A stretch of DNA of 64,000 nucleotides, taken from Eledone cirrhosa (Eukaryota). Shown piece by piece: positions 1-11,412 of the stretch; the first letter of the stretch is position 1, and the number at the start of each line of letters is the position of its first letter. The position numbers and the translations under genes were made by a program. The DNA is taken from positions 106,330,001 to 106,394,000 of the forward strand of contig OZ024744.1 of the NCBI GenBank assembly GCA_964016885.1, written 5' to 3'. The notes beneath the pieces are model-generated. The model made no database searches. It was not told the DNA's origin and was given only the letters and a program-made list of their open reading frames with translations.

Positions 1-25
1 GTGCCAATAGTAGAAACAATTATTA
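1..25 (+). mobile_element. 3' tail of tRNA-derived SINE family 1 (cut by window edge)
   Basis: gtgccaatagtagaaacaattatta matches the 3' end of full copies (e.g. 24241-24268). Confidence 0.6.
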
Positions 26-1289
26 ATGTTTTGCAACACTTGGCATCAAGAACTGCCATAGGTTATCAAGGTGGAGACTACAGTCCACTATCATCTCGGT
101 CCCCACTTTTTCCTTGAACAGTTATGTAAAGTGTTGCTGGAAAGGATGAGCCTAATAGTCTAAAGACTGAATTGTGACTTTCATTCCTTGCTCCACCTCG
201 GTCACTCTGGCTCATCAAACAGCTTTTGCTCCTTCATGTCTCAGAGCACATGCATTACCTCTGACAATAGTATTAGCTGCTGTTATCAGCTTTTAATAGC
301 ACTCTACATCAGCTGCTGAGAACTCTATGTGCTCAACTCAGTCCACCAATGACTGAAGTGTGACTTTTCATGCTCCACCTCTTCCACTCAGACCCATCAA
401 ACAGCTTTAGTTCTTTCATCTTTTATCTCTGACCATGTACCTTCATCTTTCACATTAAAGAAATAGTCTATTGCTATTCTTGCAGCTAGTACATTAGTTG
501 CAATGCCACTCCTAATAATCTCTTCTAGTTTAGCTACCAACTCCCTCTCTGCTCTATTTCTACTTCTTTACTAAAAGCTATTGATTCTACCTTACTTAAT
601 AAAGTGACTGTAGTGACCCCTAGCGGTGGAGCCCAGAACTCATTAGAGTTACGTCCCTTTGGGATGGTAGTGACCCCTAGTGTCAAGAAGTAATCGAGGT
701 TACATCCCCATTGGGACTATATATTGAGACCCTCAGAACATTCTCTTTCTTTTCGCTCCTTCACTCTATTTAGCGATGTAGCAGCCCTGGAGAACGGAGC
801 TGATTTCTCCCACGACAAGTGTGGAGGCCAATACCTAACTACACCAGTGAACATGTAAGAGCCTTCTCTCATCAAGCACAAACTTTGGTCTCAATCCATT
901 CAACTACTTGAAACATCGACAAACTCTGTATTCTCCTGTAATTTATATAATGTTCTCTTTTGACTTCCGTGAAGTAAACCAATCTACAAACAAATTAAAT
1001 CAACCTTTCATGTTATGTATCTAAAATAGTAGTAATAAATTATATATATAATACTAATCTTCTAAATGACCAATTAAAAATGTAACTCACTTATCAGATA
1101 TTGGTGTGAAAGTATCTGTATTTTTGTAATATGAGCTCTGGATTCCAACTGAAGCACAACATCTTGTGGATACATACAGAACCTGAAATTGAAAGAAAAA
1201 CTGGAATGTACAACAGTGTTTTTAATTTGGGTACATTACCACCAATTTGTTGGAAAACTGGAATATATAACTTCTTCACCCACTTATCC

Positions 1290-2170
1290 CTAAGAGGGTC
1301 TTAGGGGCATGGTTCTCAAACACACCTTCTAGTGGGTCCTGTTAGAGGCAATCATCTCCAACTGATCCCCAAGCAAGACCAGTCAAACTCATGGATAATA
1401 TCCAACCATCTTGCTCAGGGTCTACCCCTGCGTCTCATGCTGGTTGGTTTTGCTTGTAAAATCTGTCCAGTGATTCTTTCCTGAGACATTCTAACCACAT
1501 GCCCATAGTATCGAAGCTGTGATCTCTCAATGCAGAGAAGTAGCGGCTCTACCTGGAGTAACTCTCTGATCTCCGAGCTACACATTCTATTGAGTAATGT
1601 TGCTCCAAAGACCCTTCGGCGGAATACCAATTTGACTGCTTGTATTCGCGATCATATTCTTTCGGTCATTACCCAAGATTTGTGACTAAATTGAAGATAG
1701 CGAGTTTGGCTTTTACACCTGCCTCCCTTCTTCTGATTACTGAAAACTGAAGCTGATTCATTATTGCACCAGTTCCTGCAATTGTTGCATTTAATTCAGG
1801 CCCCTGCCTTCCATCACTTGTGAACATGGCCCTGAGATACTTGGACTTCTCCACCTGCTTCAGTGGAACTCCATTCACATGTAGTGTGCACTGCACTAGG
1901 CTTCTTGAGAGGACAAGTGCCTCAGTTTTTGCAGCACTGATTTTCATTCGAGCCATGCAACACTCGGCATCAAACCTATCGACTGCAAGTCAGAGATCAA
2001 CTTCTTTTGAATTAAGTAACACCATGTCATCTGCAAATTCAGGTCAACTGATTTTACACTCACCAGTCATGATACCACTTCTAACCTGGCTAGGCATGTC
2101 AATCCTGTTCATAAAGATTATGAATGGGAGAGGTGACAGTGCACACTCTTGGCAGTGACTGACACCTACA
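1290..2170 (-). pseudogene. Degenerate RTE-clade LINE, RT C-terminal part and 3' end
   Basis: Minus-strand translation gives GVSHCQECALSPLPFIIFM (GVRQG..LSPLLF), EFADDM, KTEALVL, QLRYYGHVVRM and RRRGRP, broken by frameshifts (ORFs 1415-1630, 1669-1956). Confidence 0.85.
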
Positions 2171-2174
2171 GTGT

Positions 2175-2370
2175 TTTTAATTTAGGCTCAAGACCAGCAA
2201 TTTTGGGGGAGGGGATATTGACTCCAGTACTTCACTGTACTTTATTTGATTGATCCTAAAAGATGAAGGGTAAAGTTGACCTTGGTAGGTTTTGAACTCA
2301 GAATTTAAAAAAAGCCACAGATAAATACTGTAAAGCATTTCATCTAACAGTCTAACAATTCTAGCAGAAC
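2175..2370 (-). mobile_element. Old, diverged tRNA-derived SINE related to family 1
   Basis: gtactttattt..gatgaagggtaaagttgaccttgg..ttgaactcagaa is a diverged reverse complement of the SINE family 1 core. Confidence 0.7.
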
Positions 2371-2372
2371 AA

Positions 2373-3290
2373 TCTCTTTCATTGGTAGACTAGTAACTAG
2401 TCGTTTTCATTGGTGGACTAGTAGTTAGTCTCTTTCATTGGTAGACTATTAGTAGCTAGTCTCTTTCATTGGTAGACTGGTAGTAGCTAGTCTCTTTACT
2501 TGGTAGACTAGTAGCTAGTCTCTTTCATTGGTAGACTAGTAGTAGCTAGTCTCTTTCATTGGTAGACTAGTAGTAGCTAGTCTCTTTCATTGGTAGACTA
2601 GTAGTAGCTAGTCTCTTTCATTGGTAGACTAGTAGTAGTTAGTCACTTTCATTGGTAGACTAGTAACTAGTCTCTTTCATTGGTAGACTAGTAGTAGCTA
2701 GTCTCTTTACTTGGTGTACTAGTAGCTAGTCTCTTTCATTGGTGGACTAGTAGTAGCTAGTCTCTTTCATTGGTGGACTAGTAGTAGGTAGTCTCTTTCA
2801 TTGGTGGACTAGTAGTAGCTAGTCTCTTTCATTGGTGGACTAGTAGCTAGTCTCTTTCATTGGTGGACTAGTAGTAAGTAGTCTCTTTCATTGGTGGACT
2901 AGTAGTAGCTAGTCTCTTTCATTGGTAGACTAGTACTTAGTCTCTTTCATTGGTAGACAAGTAGTTAGTCTCTTTCATTGGTAGACAAGTAGTTAGTCTC
3001 TTTCATTGGTAGACTAGTAGCTAGTCTCTTTCATTGGTAGACTAGTAGTAGTTAGTCTCTTTCATTGGTGGACTAGTAGTAGTTAGTCTCTTTCATTGGT
3101 GGACTAGTAGTAGCTAGTCTCTTTCATTGGTGGACTAGTAACTATTCTCTTTCATTGGTGGACTAGTAGTTAATCTCTTTTATTGGTAGACTAGTAGTTA
3201 GTCTCTTTCATTGGTGGACTAATAGCTAGTCTCTTTTATTGCTAGAGTAGTAGTAGCTAATCTCTCTCATTGGTGGACTAGTAGTAATTG
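2373..3290. repeat. Minisatellite, 30-33-bp unit (ctagtctctttcattggtagactagtagtag), roughly 29 copies
   Basis: Direct tandem repetition; each unit contains the inverted pair tagtct...agacta. Confidence 0.95.
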
Positions 3291-3936
3291 CTTTCATGAA
3301 TCTGACTCAAATTAATCAGTGTTGGTATATCATAATATATAAAATAGACTAATATCTCTAGCTGAGACTTTCAGTTTGATGGAGAGGGCGGAGGGGCAGT
3401 TGAACTGAGGAATCTGTCTTATTTCTTCTCTGATGTAAGGACACCGTGTGAGAAATATCCATTTTTAATTCATCACATTACACAATAACATATACCTCAT
3501 CACTTTTTATTAATTTCTGATTTTCTATAGTAAAATATTTTACACAAATTCAATCAATATTGAAAAAATAAAACAACAATTCTAAAAAGAAATTTTATAA
3601 ATATTCGAATTTTGTATTGGGTCGTCAAGTATGAAATTTGTAGAAATTTGTACAAATTTCCTACTTGACGACACAATAGTAGAAGGTTGTGTAGTATGTC
3701 ATGTATATTTGGGTAGAAACTAACATCTATTGTGTTGAGGGCACATAAGACCTACAGGACAGATGTTCATTTGTGGGTGAGGAAAACCTATCACGATGCT
3801 CCTGTTGTGTCACACCCACCGAGGAAAGTACAATAATGGCTACAGTCAAATGTTACACCCTCAGATCTACTGTTTCAGATCTACAGGTGAAAGAATCAAC
3901 CAAATCTTGGCTGATTTTAAGAATAGAAGCAATAAC

Positions 3937-4122
3937 TGTTTCTACTTTAGGCACAAGGCCAGCAATCACCCAGTGCATTACTGGTACTTTATTTTATCGA
4001 CCCCGTAAGGATGAAAGGCAAAGTCAACCCTGGCGGGATTTGAACTCAGATCGTAAAGGAACGTAACTATGCTGGAAAGCATGGTGTCCGACCCTCTACC
4101 GATACTGCCAATCCACCGCCCG
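3937..4122 (-). mobile_element. tRNA-derived SINE family 1, full length, 17-bp TSD
   Basis: A-box-like tggcagtatcgg, B-box gagttcaaatcc, core gcctttcatccttacggggtcgataaaataaagtaccag; agaatagaagcaataac duplicated at 3920-3936 and 4123-4139. Confidence 0.92.
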
Positions 4123-5320
4123 AGAATAGAAGCAATAACACACCCAGAGAAGCTTTGAGACTGATAAAAGAACTTTCTGGTAAGAAGAGGCAGAATGTAG
4201 TATATATCGAAAGGGAAGACTGCCTTGGGAGTTGGAGGGTGCACTTTCACAAATTCCTCTCAGTAGACAATCATTGTGGCCCAGACATAGAGATTGGCCC
4301 ATTATTTGAAATCCATCCAGAGATAAGTATCGCTAAATTCTCGGTAGAAGAAGAGAATATTGACCTAAATGGCAATGAAACCAAGCAAAGCTCCTGAGCT
4401 TGATTCTCTAACTATAGACCTATGGAAAATACCCCAAACTAACAATTTTCTTCACATTGAAACCTTTGAAAGGCACAGGCCTGAGGAATGGGGAATATCA
4501 GGAATAGTACCAATACCCTCAAAAGGTAACCTTACCATCTGCACCAAACATAGAGGCATCAGTCTTATACATTGTAGCAAAAACTTACAATAAGATGTCC
4601 CTGAATAGAATCAGACCATATATTGACCACACTCTACATGGATTTCATCTATTTCACTCTACTACCTCACACATCTTGGCTCTAAAAAAGGATTATTGAG
4701 GAGGTACAGAATCACAAGAAGGAGGCAGCACTTGTATTAATAGATTTCAAGATGGCTTTCAATCCAATCAACCAAATGAAAATGCTCAAAATTCTTCTTG
4801 TGTATGGAATACTCCACTAGATTGTGATTGAAATTAAAGTCAGGTATGAAAATACTTCAACTCCTTGTAATGGACCAATGAAGGAAACTCAGACTTATTC
4901 TCCATTGATACTGGAGTTCTCAGGGAGATCCTCTGACTCTTTTCCTCTTTGTAATTTGCCTTGATTTCGCATTGTGTAATGCCTTTGCACCATCAGACAA
5001 GATAATGCTGAAAAGTCGACAAACTACCCGACATCCGGAGGTAGTTCTACCAGAAATGCCTTATGCAGATAACATAGCTTTCCTGGAAAGTATCATCAGA
5101 GAAGCTGAGGACATATTACACAAAATGGAGGCTGCAAATTAAAATGCATGTCAATACAATGTCAAATAAATACATGTGCTGAATGATTCGGAGTTTGAGG
5201 AAGTGGATGACTTATAATACCTTGGTGGGTTTATGAACACAGAGCATGATGAGGACACAGGATAGGGAAGGCATGGGGGGGGGGGGGGGGGAGGTCTCAA
5301 CACCTTGTCAAAGATGTGAG

Positions 5321-6168
5321 TAGCTCTGATGAAGGAATCTATGAACATGAGGCTATTCAAAACAATGGTTGAGTCCATTCTTCTCTACAGATGGGAGTAG
5401 CTCTGATGAAGGAATCTATGAACATGAGGCTATTCAAAACAATGGTTGAGTCCATTCTTCTCTACAGATGGGAGTAGCTCTGATGAAGGAATCTATGAAC
5501 ATGAGGCTATTCAAAACAATGGTTGAGTCCATTCTTCTCTACAGATGGGAGTAGCTCTGATGAAGGAATCTATGAACATGAGGCTATTCAAAACAATGGT
5601 TGAGTCCATTCTTCTCTACAGATGGGAGTAGCTCTGATGAAGGAATCTATGAACATGAGGCTATTCAAAACAATGGTTGAGTCCATTCTTCTCTACAGAT
5701 GGGAGTAGCTCTGATGAAGGAATCTATGAACATGAGGCTATTCAAAACAATGGTTGAATCCATTCTTCTCTACAGATGTGAGTAGCTCTGATGAAGGAAT
5801 CTATGAACATGAGGCTATTCAAAACAATGGTTGAGTCCATTCTTCTCTACAGATGGGAGTAGCTCTGATGAAGGAATCTATGAACATGAGGCTATTCAAA
5901 ACAATGGTTGAGTCCATTCTTCTCTACAGATGGGAGTAGCTCTGATGAAGGAATCTATGAACATGAGGCTATTCAAAACAATGGTTGAGTCCATTCTCCT
6001 CTACAGATGGGAGTAGCTCTGATGAAGGAATCTATGAACATGAGGCTATTCAAAACAATGGTTGAGTCCATTCTCCTCTACAGATGGGAGTAGCTCTGAT
6101 GAAGGAATCTATGAACATGAGGCTATTCAAAACAATGGTTGAGTCCATTCTTCTCTACAGATGGGAGT
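5321..6168. repeat. 77-bp tandem repeat x11 derived from RTE ORF2 coding sequence
   Basis: tagctctgat recurs at 5321, 5398, 5475 ... 6091; the unit encodes the RTE motif MRLFKTMVESILLY and the LINE resumes after the array. Confidence 0.95.
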
Positions 6169-6409
6169 CATGGAGGCTGACAAAAGATACTCACAAAGTA
6201 TTCAGCCAGATGCTGAGAAAGGTCCAGAACAGATCCTAGAGAACATACGTAACAAATAAATCACTCTACAGTTTATACTTTCACCTTTCTGACATGATAA
6301 GGAGGAGGTGGAGGAGGCTCGCATTAGCTGGACATGTGAAGAAGGAGGAGAAGGAGGAGGAGATATACAGCTATGTAGTAGGAAATGTTAGGGAAAGCAC
6401 CTTTTATAT

Positions 6410-6610
6410 GATTGTTTCTACTTTTGGCACAAGGCCAGCAATCATCCCAGTGTATTACTGGTACTTTATTTTATTGACCCCCCTGTAATGGGATGAAAGG
6501 AAAAAGTTAACCTCGGCTGGGATTTGAACTCTGAACGTAAAGGGCCATAACTCTATGCTGCAAAGCATGACGTCCAACCCTCTACCGATACTGCCAATCC
6601 ACCACCCCTT
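6410..6610 (-). mobile_element. SINE family 1 copy
   Basis: Same head, core and tail as 3937-4122. Confidence 0.88.
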
Positions 6611-6976
6611 TTATATAATTATAGATATACCTAACTCTGTTGAAACCATACTCTTAATGAACTACACCATATTTCAATTAATTAATGAATTTAGAGAGAT
6701 ATATTCTAATTATTAAATATTTCATTAATAACAGATTATTGGTAACAAAATTTAAGAAAAGGTTTATATACATATTTCTCTGTGATATACATTGTCCCTG
6801 GGGGGGGGGGTTGATAGGGTACACATCAGCCATATCATCATCATCATCATTGTTTAATGTCCAGAGTCCACATCTTTATTTTGACTTGGTTTCTATGGCT
6901 GGAAGCCCTTCTTAACACCAACCATTTTACACTGTGGACTGGGTGCTTTTTTGTTGTGTCTCCATCACAACCCCCT

Positions 6977-7379
6977 TATAAAGGATGGTCTGGATTCTCT
7001 TGTTGATGTGATGCCAGATCAGCATACAGGGTGGACAGGGTGGACTTTGTAATGGCATGGCATGGCATTGTGGGAGTTATAAAGGATGGTCTGGATTCTC
7101 TTGTTGATGTGATGCCAGATCAGCATACAGGGTGGACAGGGTGGACTTTGTAATGGCATGGCATTGTGGGAGTTATAAAGGATGGTCTGGATTCTCTTGT
7201 TGATGTGATGCCAGATCAGCATACAGGGTGGACAGGGTGGACTTTGTAATGGCATGGCATGGCATTGTGGGAGTTATACAGGATGGTCTGGATTCTCTTG
7301 TTGATGTGATGCCAGATCAGCATACAGGGTGGACAGGGTGGACTTCGTAATGGCATGGCATGGCATGGCATTGTGGGAG
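6977..7379. repeat. ~100-bp tandem repeat x4 with variable (ggcat)n inside
   Basis: ggatggtctggattctcttgttgatgtgatgccagatcagcatacagggtggacagggtggac repeated four times. Confidence 0.93.
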
Positions 7380-7523
7380 GTCTAGGTTTCGTGGGCTGGG
7401 CCACTGAGGTGTAGCAGGGATGGTTTGAGGCAGGTAAGTGAGTTCGATGTCAATTAGGTGCATGGGATATTTAGGTGTGCGTGGGGTATGTACTTGTGAC
7501 AAGTCAATCAACACTGCTCTTCT

Positions 7524-7811
7524 TTAACTCTTTAACATTTACAATACTCTAGATAACTTTGATAACTTTGATAACTTTGATAGGTTTCAGCCAGTATTGG
7601 CCCAGGCCATGTCTAACTTAATATATATACTATTATATTTTCACAGTAATCACTTTATCTCACAAAATATCAAATCTATGACATTTTGATAATATTTATT
7701 ATGAGAACAATACCTTAACATCAGTATGAGCAGCTGGTTACGGCCGGTTTGAACGGAAAGAGATGAGAGGATTCTGGCCGGATATGGCTAGTTTAAATGC
7801 TAACGGGTTAA
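7524..7811 (-). mobile_element. piggyBac-type non-autonomous DNA transposon (MITE), diverged copy
   Basis: TTAA at both ends; reverse complement of the element at 8344-8770 (ccggatatggc..tttaaatgctaacgggTTAA). Confidence 0.75.
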
Positions 7812-8343
7812 ATTTGGAGTTTTTTGACAATGTAAGAACTCAATATCCAACCCCCACCCCATAAGCTTAATTTGTAGAACAAAATAACCCCCCCCCCTCC
7901 AAAAAAAATACAAACCAAAATCAATATCTCCCCTATCTTTTTTACTTATCAAGAAATCAATATTTCCCCTATCTTTCAATTGTTGTTCCACAAGTAATCA
8001 ATATCAATATCTCTCTTCCAATGTAGAAAAACAATATACCTTCTCTCTCTTTCGCTCTCCCTCTCCCTTTCCCCTCCCCCCCCTCTCTCTCACTCTTTCT
8101 CCTCATAAAAAAGTCAATATACTCCCATATCTCACCATTTTTATCACTCACACACAGACACACACGTATACACACACACAGTCACACACATAGACACACA
8201 TAGTCACACACATATACACACACACACATACACATAGACACACACACACACACACACACACATACATAGACACAGACACACACATATACATACTCATACA
8301 CACACATACATACACACATATACACATTTAAATACACATTGCT

Positions 8344-8770
8344 TTAACCCTTTAGCATTTAAACCGGCCATATCCGGCCAGAACTGTCTCACCTCTTTCT
8401 GTTCAAACTGGCTGTAACCAGCCACTCATACTGATGTTAAAATATTGTTCTTAAAATAAATAACATCAAAATCTCATAGATTCGATATTATGTGAGTTAA
8501 TAATTGTTTCTACTTTTAGGCACAAGGCCATCAATTACCCCAGTACATTACTGGTACTTTATTTTATCGACCCCGTAAGGATGAAAGGTAAAGTCAACCT
8601 CAGCGGGATTGGAACTCAGAATGGCAAGGGCCGTAACTCTATGCTGGAAAGCATAGCGTCCGACCCTCTACCGATACTGCCAATCCGATGTGAGATAATT
8701 ATGTAAGATAAACTGTTAACCATGAACATACAATAATAAATATAGAGTAATGTAAATGGTAAAGGGTTAA
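8344..8770 (+). mobile_element. piggyBac-type MITE containing a SINE family 1 insertion (~8500-8687)
   Basis: TTAA-ccctttagcattta ... taaatggtaaaggg-TTAA: TTAA target site and CCC/GGG termini typical of piggyBac. Confidence 0.8.
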
Positions 8771-8956
8771 ATCCTGTATTATTCTTGGTAATTTGTCTTT
8801 TGATATTAATCAATTTATTGTTATCTTTAATTATATTTCCTGAAGAAATACAACTCTGAGTAAAGCCCCTATAATGGATAACTTTACTGATAATATCTGT
8901 TTTTTGTCTCCACAATGGTGAAATACTCTAGCTGTGTTGAAACAACTGTAGATGTG

Positions 8957-8963
<7 letters not shown>

Positions 8964-9036
<73 letters not shown>
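8964..9036. repeat. (AAAT)n/(AAT)n microsatellite
   Basis: Direct. Confidence 0.98.
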
Positions 9037-9037
<1 letters not shown>

Positions 9038-9490
9038 TTTTCTTTATTAACCACAAGGGTTTACATAAAGTAGACATTAAGGACAGTACAGGACAATACA
9101 GGACGGTACAAATGGGCATTTCTGCATGTAAAAAAAAACAGAGGATGTAATAAAATAACAAAGAAAAATTCCCCAATAGGGGGGGGGGGGGGAGACTTCC
9201 GAGAGACATTTGTGGAGAAAGCCCATTAAAAGGCCACAGTGACCCTGACCACCAGGGCAAGTGCCCTCTCCCAGTTTTCCACCTTTAATTTACAGACACA
9301 TACTCAGAGAAGGCCCATTCATTCGAGCCATACTTGCTTCTCTCACCCATCTTTCAACAAAATGCTGGGAAGAGAGCACTTCCCTCTCTACCCTGATTTT
9401 CCTTTTCAAATGAAATTTGAAAAAGTTAATCAGGGCATCACCGAAGAGGTAAGTGCTCGTCTTCAGCCCTTTCAAACATGTCCACCATAC
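9037..9490 (-). mobile_element. 5'-truncated 3' end of a Tx1/L1-like LINE between (ATT)n tracts
   Basis: Minus-strand WWTCLKGLK...FFKFHLKRKIRVEREVLSSQHFVERWV resembles the Tx1-clade ORF2 C-terminus; 3' UTR ends aataaagaaaac(att)n. Confidence 0.6.
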
Positions 9491-9508
9491 TAATAATAAT
9501 AATAATAA

Positions 9509-9698
9509 TTGTTTCTACTTTTGGCACAAGGCCAGCAATTATCCTAGTGTATTACTGGTACTTTATTTTATCGACCCCGTAAGGATGAAAGGCAAAGTTA
9601 ACCTCGGGGGGATTAGAACTCAGAACGTAAAGGTGTCATAATTCTATGTTGCAAAGCATGGTGACAAACGCTCTACCGATACTGCCAATCCACTGCCT
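9509..9698 (-). mobile_element. SINE family 1 copy with (ATT)n tail
   Basis: Same core; tail continues into the (AAT)n tract at 9491-9508. Confidence 0.9.
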
Positions 9699-9727
9699 TT
9701 ATAATAATAATAATAATAATACTGCCC

Positions 9728-9792
<65 letters not shown>

Positions 9793-9794
<2 letters not shown>

Positions 9795-10937
9795 TGCAAC
9801 AATTGGATTATCTACATATCTAAGGGAATCACATGATTGGATGATCAAACTCGTTTTGAAACACGAAAGCATCAAAAGATCATATTCCATTACAAGAGAT
9901 GCACAAAGATACAGTAATGGACTACAAATTTCAGAAGTCCCATTTACTGCTGAAATGGAAAACACAGAAAAAGCAAAGCAGGTAAAAGTAACTGCAAAGA
10001 AAGAACTGCTACAGAAACTGGCTAAGAAATGGCAAGAAAAGCCTCTGTATGGAAAATACCCAGAGCGAGCTAACAATCCTGATGTTGACAAAACTTTAAC
10101 CCATCAGTGGTTGGCATCCTCTGGACTGAAATCAGAGACTGAAGGACTGATTATATCAGCACAAGATCAGTGTCTGCCAACAAAAAATTACCAAGCCAAC
10201 ATAATAAAAAATGGATGCAACCCATTATGCCTTGTGTGTAAAAATCAACCAGAGACCATTGATCATATAATTTCAATGTGCAGTCCTATAGCTCCAACCG
10301 AATACCTAAACAGGCATGACAGAGCTGCACAATACATACATTGGATAATGTGTAAGCATTTTGACCTGCCCCATCAAAAGAATTGATGGGAGCATCAACC
10401 ACCTCCCATACTTGAAAAAGATCACATCTCAATCTTGTGGAACTTTAGCATCCAAACAGACCGAAAAATAGATGCAAATAGACCTGATATAATATTGAAG
10501 GACTTTCAAAAGAGGGTATGCCTGCTAATTGATATGTCTGTTCCAACAGACAAGAATGTATCTATAAAAACATTTGAAAAATTGAGCAAGTATAAGGACC
10601 TGGAGATAGAAATTGGAAAAATGTGGAAATTGAGAACTAAAACAATACCAGTGGTTGTAGGCGCTCTGGGAATGATACCTAAGGGGTCTAATGACTACTT
10701 ATCGCAAATCCCAGGAAACCCGCGTATAGGAGAAATACAAAAGATAGTACTAATGGGAACTGCCCATATACTAAGGAAGATTCTGTCAATATAAGTACAT
10801 CACAAGTCTAAACACTAAAGATGCATGTGTGAATATGTATGTTCTTTCTTGAACATGGCGGACCTTGTTGTCTCTTGAGGTCACTGGTTGTGACTTGGTG
10901 ATAACTCGTATGAACATAAAGCAAGATAAATGCAACT

Positions 10938-10938
<1 letters not shown>
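9793..10938 (+). mobile_element. R4/Dong-type RLE retrotransposon family A, 5'-truncated 3' fragment in (TAA)n
   Basis: CCHC motif CLVCKNQPETIDHIISMC, RHD, RLE NRPDIILKD..LIDMSVP..EKLSKYKDL; a TGG>TGA stop at ~10384; near-identical to 16844-17985; (AAT)n on both sides. Confidence 0.93.
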
Positions 10939-10979
<41 letters not shown>

Positions 10980-10980
10980 T

Positions 10981-11398
10981 TCCTTGGTCTTATTGAATTT
11001 TGAATTATAAATGCTCTGCTACTATAACTGTTGGCTCCTGAAGAACAAAGGGTAAAAATGTACATTGAGCTTAACTTAACTTATCAATGAAAATGGTGAA
11101 CTATTACCTTATATATATAAATAATCTGTTCTTATAATACATATATATATCATGATATATATATGTATTACTATAAACCTAACTAAAATTTAAAATATAT
11201 ACACAAAGAGTCTTGCCATCCTCCTATAGTATTTAAAAACCTTATTCCTAATATTAGTCATAGGATATCTACCATATCTTCTTCTGTAGACATTTTTAAT
11301 AAAGCAGCCCCTTATGTACATTTTTACCCTTCATTCTTCAGGAGCCAACAGTTATAGTAGCAGAGCATTTATAATTCAAAATTCATTAAGACCAAGGA
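10981..11398. mobile_element. Element with 85-bp terminal inverted repeats, flanked by (AAT)n on the left and (ATT)n on the right
   Basis: 10981-11065 is the reverse complement of 11314-11398 with 3 mismatches. Confidence 0.8.
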
Positions 11399-11412
11399 TT
11401 ATTATTATTATT

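Larger units (their letters stand above)
3730..6345 (+). pseudogene. Highly degenerate RTE-like LINE ORF2, interrupted by a SINE and an internal 77-bp tandem expansion
   Basis: Scattered RT motifs in order: KAPELDSL, IVPIPSKGNLTICTKHRGISL, DFKMAF, GV(L)QGDPL..FLF, YADNIA, RLFKTMVESILLY, RRLALAGHV. Confidence 0.85.

Noticed and set aside
5321-6168. CTGATGA in every 77-bp unit (tandem hammerhead/retrozyme?)
   Set aside because: No GAAA...UH half-core or stems; the unit is RTE coding sequence.
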